NCBI RefSeq assembly: GCF_018350175.1
Contig: NC_058368.1
Coordinates: forward strand, 136,278,001 to 136,342,000
DNA: 64,000 bases
Source of the DNA: Felis catus
Lineage: Eukaryota
Reading direction: 5' to 3'
Positions 63,673 through 64,000 of the stretch are shown here, piece by piece. The position numbers and the translations under genes were made by a program. The notes under the pieces are model-generated. The model saw only the letters and a program-made list of their open reading frames with translations, was not told the origin of the DNA and made no database searches. Every line of letters begins with the position of its first letter. The first letter of the stretch is position 1.

Positions 63673-64000
63673 TATTTTTAACTTTTTGAGGAGGCTCCCT
63701 ATTGTGTTCTACAGTGGCTACACCAGTTTGCATTCCCACAGCAAGAGGCTTCCTTTTTCTCCACATTCTTCCCCACACTTGTTGTTTCCTGTGTTTTTGA
63801 TTTTAGCCATTCTGGCAGGTGTGAGGTGGTATCTCATTGTGGTTTTGATTTGTGTTTCCCTGGTGATTAGTAATGTTGAGCATCTTTTCATGCATTTGTT
63901 TGTGATCTGTGTTTCTTCTTTGGAGAAATGTCTGTTCATGTCTTCTGCTCATTTTTAAATTGGATTCTTTGTTTTTTGGGCATTGAATTGTATCAGTTCT

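Larger units (their letters stand above)
62140..64000 (-). mobile_element. Older L1 3' region running off the window end, interrupted by a SINE and an RPL19 retrocopy
   Basis: L1 3' UTR motifs 62140-62940; ORF2 remnant [24 protein letters not shown] at 63718-63939. Confidence 0.9.

Noticed and set aside
15500..64000. Intact CARTPT or another protein-coding gene downstream of MCCC2
   Set aside because: No CART exons or other recognisable coding exons were seen; any neighbouring gene lies outside the window

Overview
Mammalian genomic DNA, almost certainly felid: it holds about 37 tRNA-derived carnivore SINEs of the feline SINEC_Fc type plus carnivore L1s. Bases 1-~15.5 kb contain the last five coding exons and the 3' UTR of MCCC2 (3-methylcrotonyl-CoA carboxylase beta subunit, + strand; exons 13-17 by human numbering). 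The rest is repeat-dense intergenic sequence: a ~7.2 kb full-length but inactivated L1 (- strand), several truncated L1s with target-site duplications (TSDs), a decayed ERV-L/LTR16-type provirus, solo LTRs, L2/L3/MIR/MER5 relics, and a full-length RPL19 processed pseudogene nested in an old L1. I found no convincing novel biological system. The best leads are an altered MCCC2 C-terminal motif (FSILRM instead of FGIFRM), an ORF0-like 202-aa antisense frame with nearby CTCF/YY1 motifs in the L1 5' UTR, a repeat-poor segment near 44 kb with splice signals, and several unusual retrotransposition or repair scars. Repeat family names are from recalled consensus motifs, and their boundaries are approximate.
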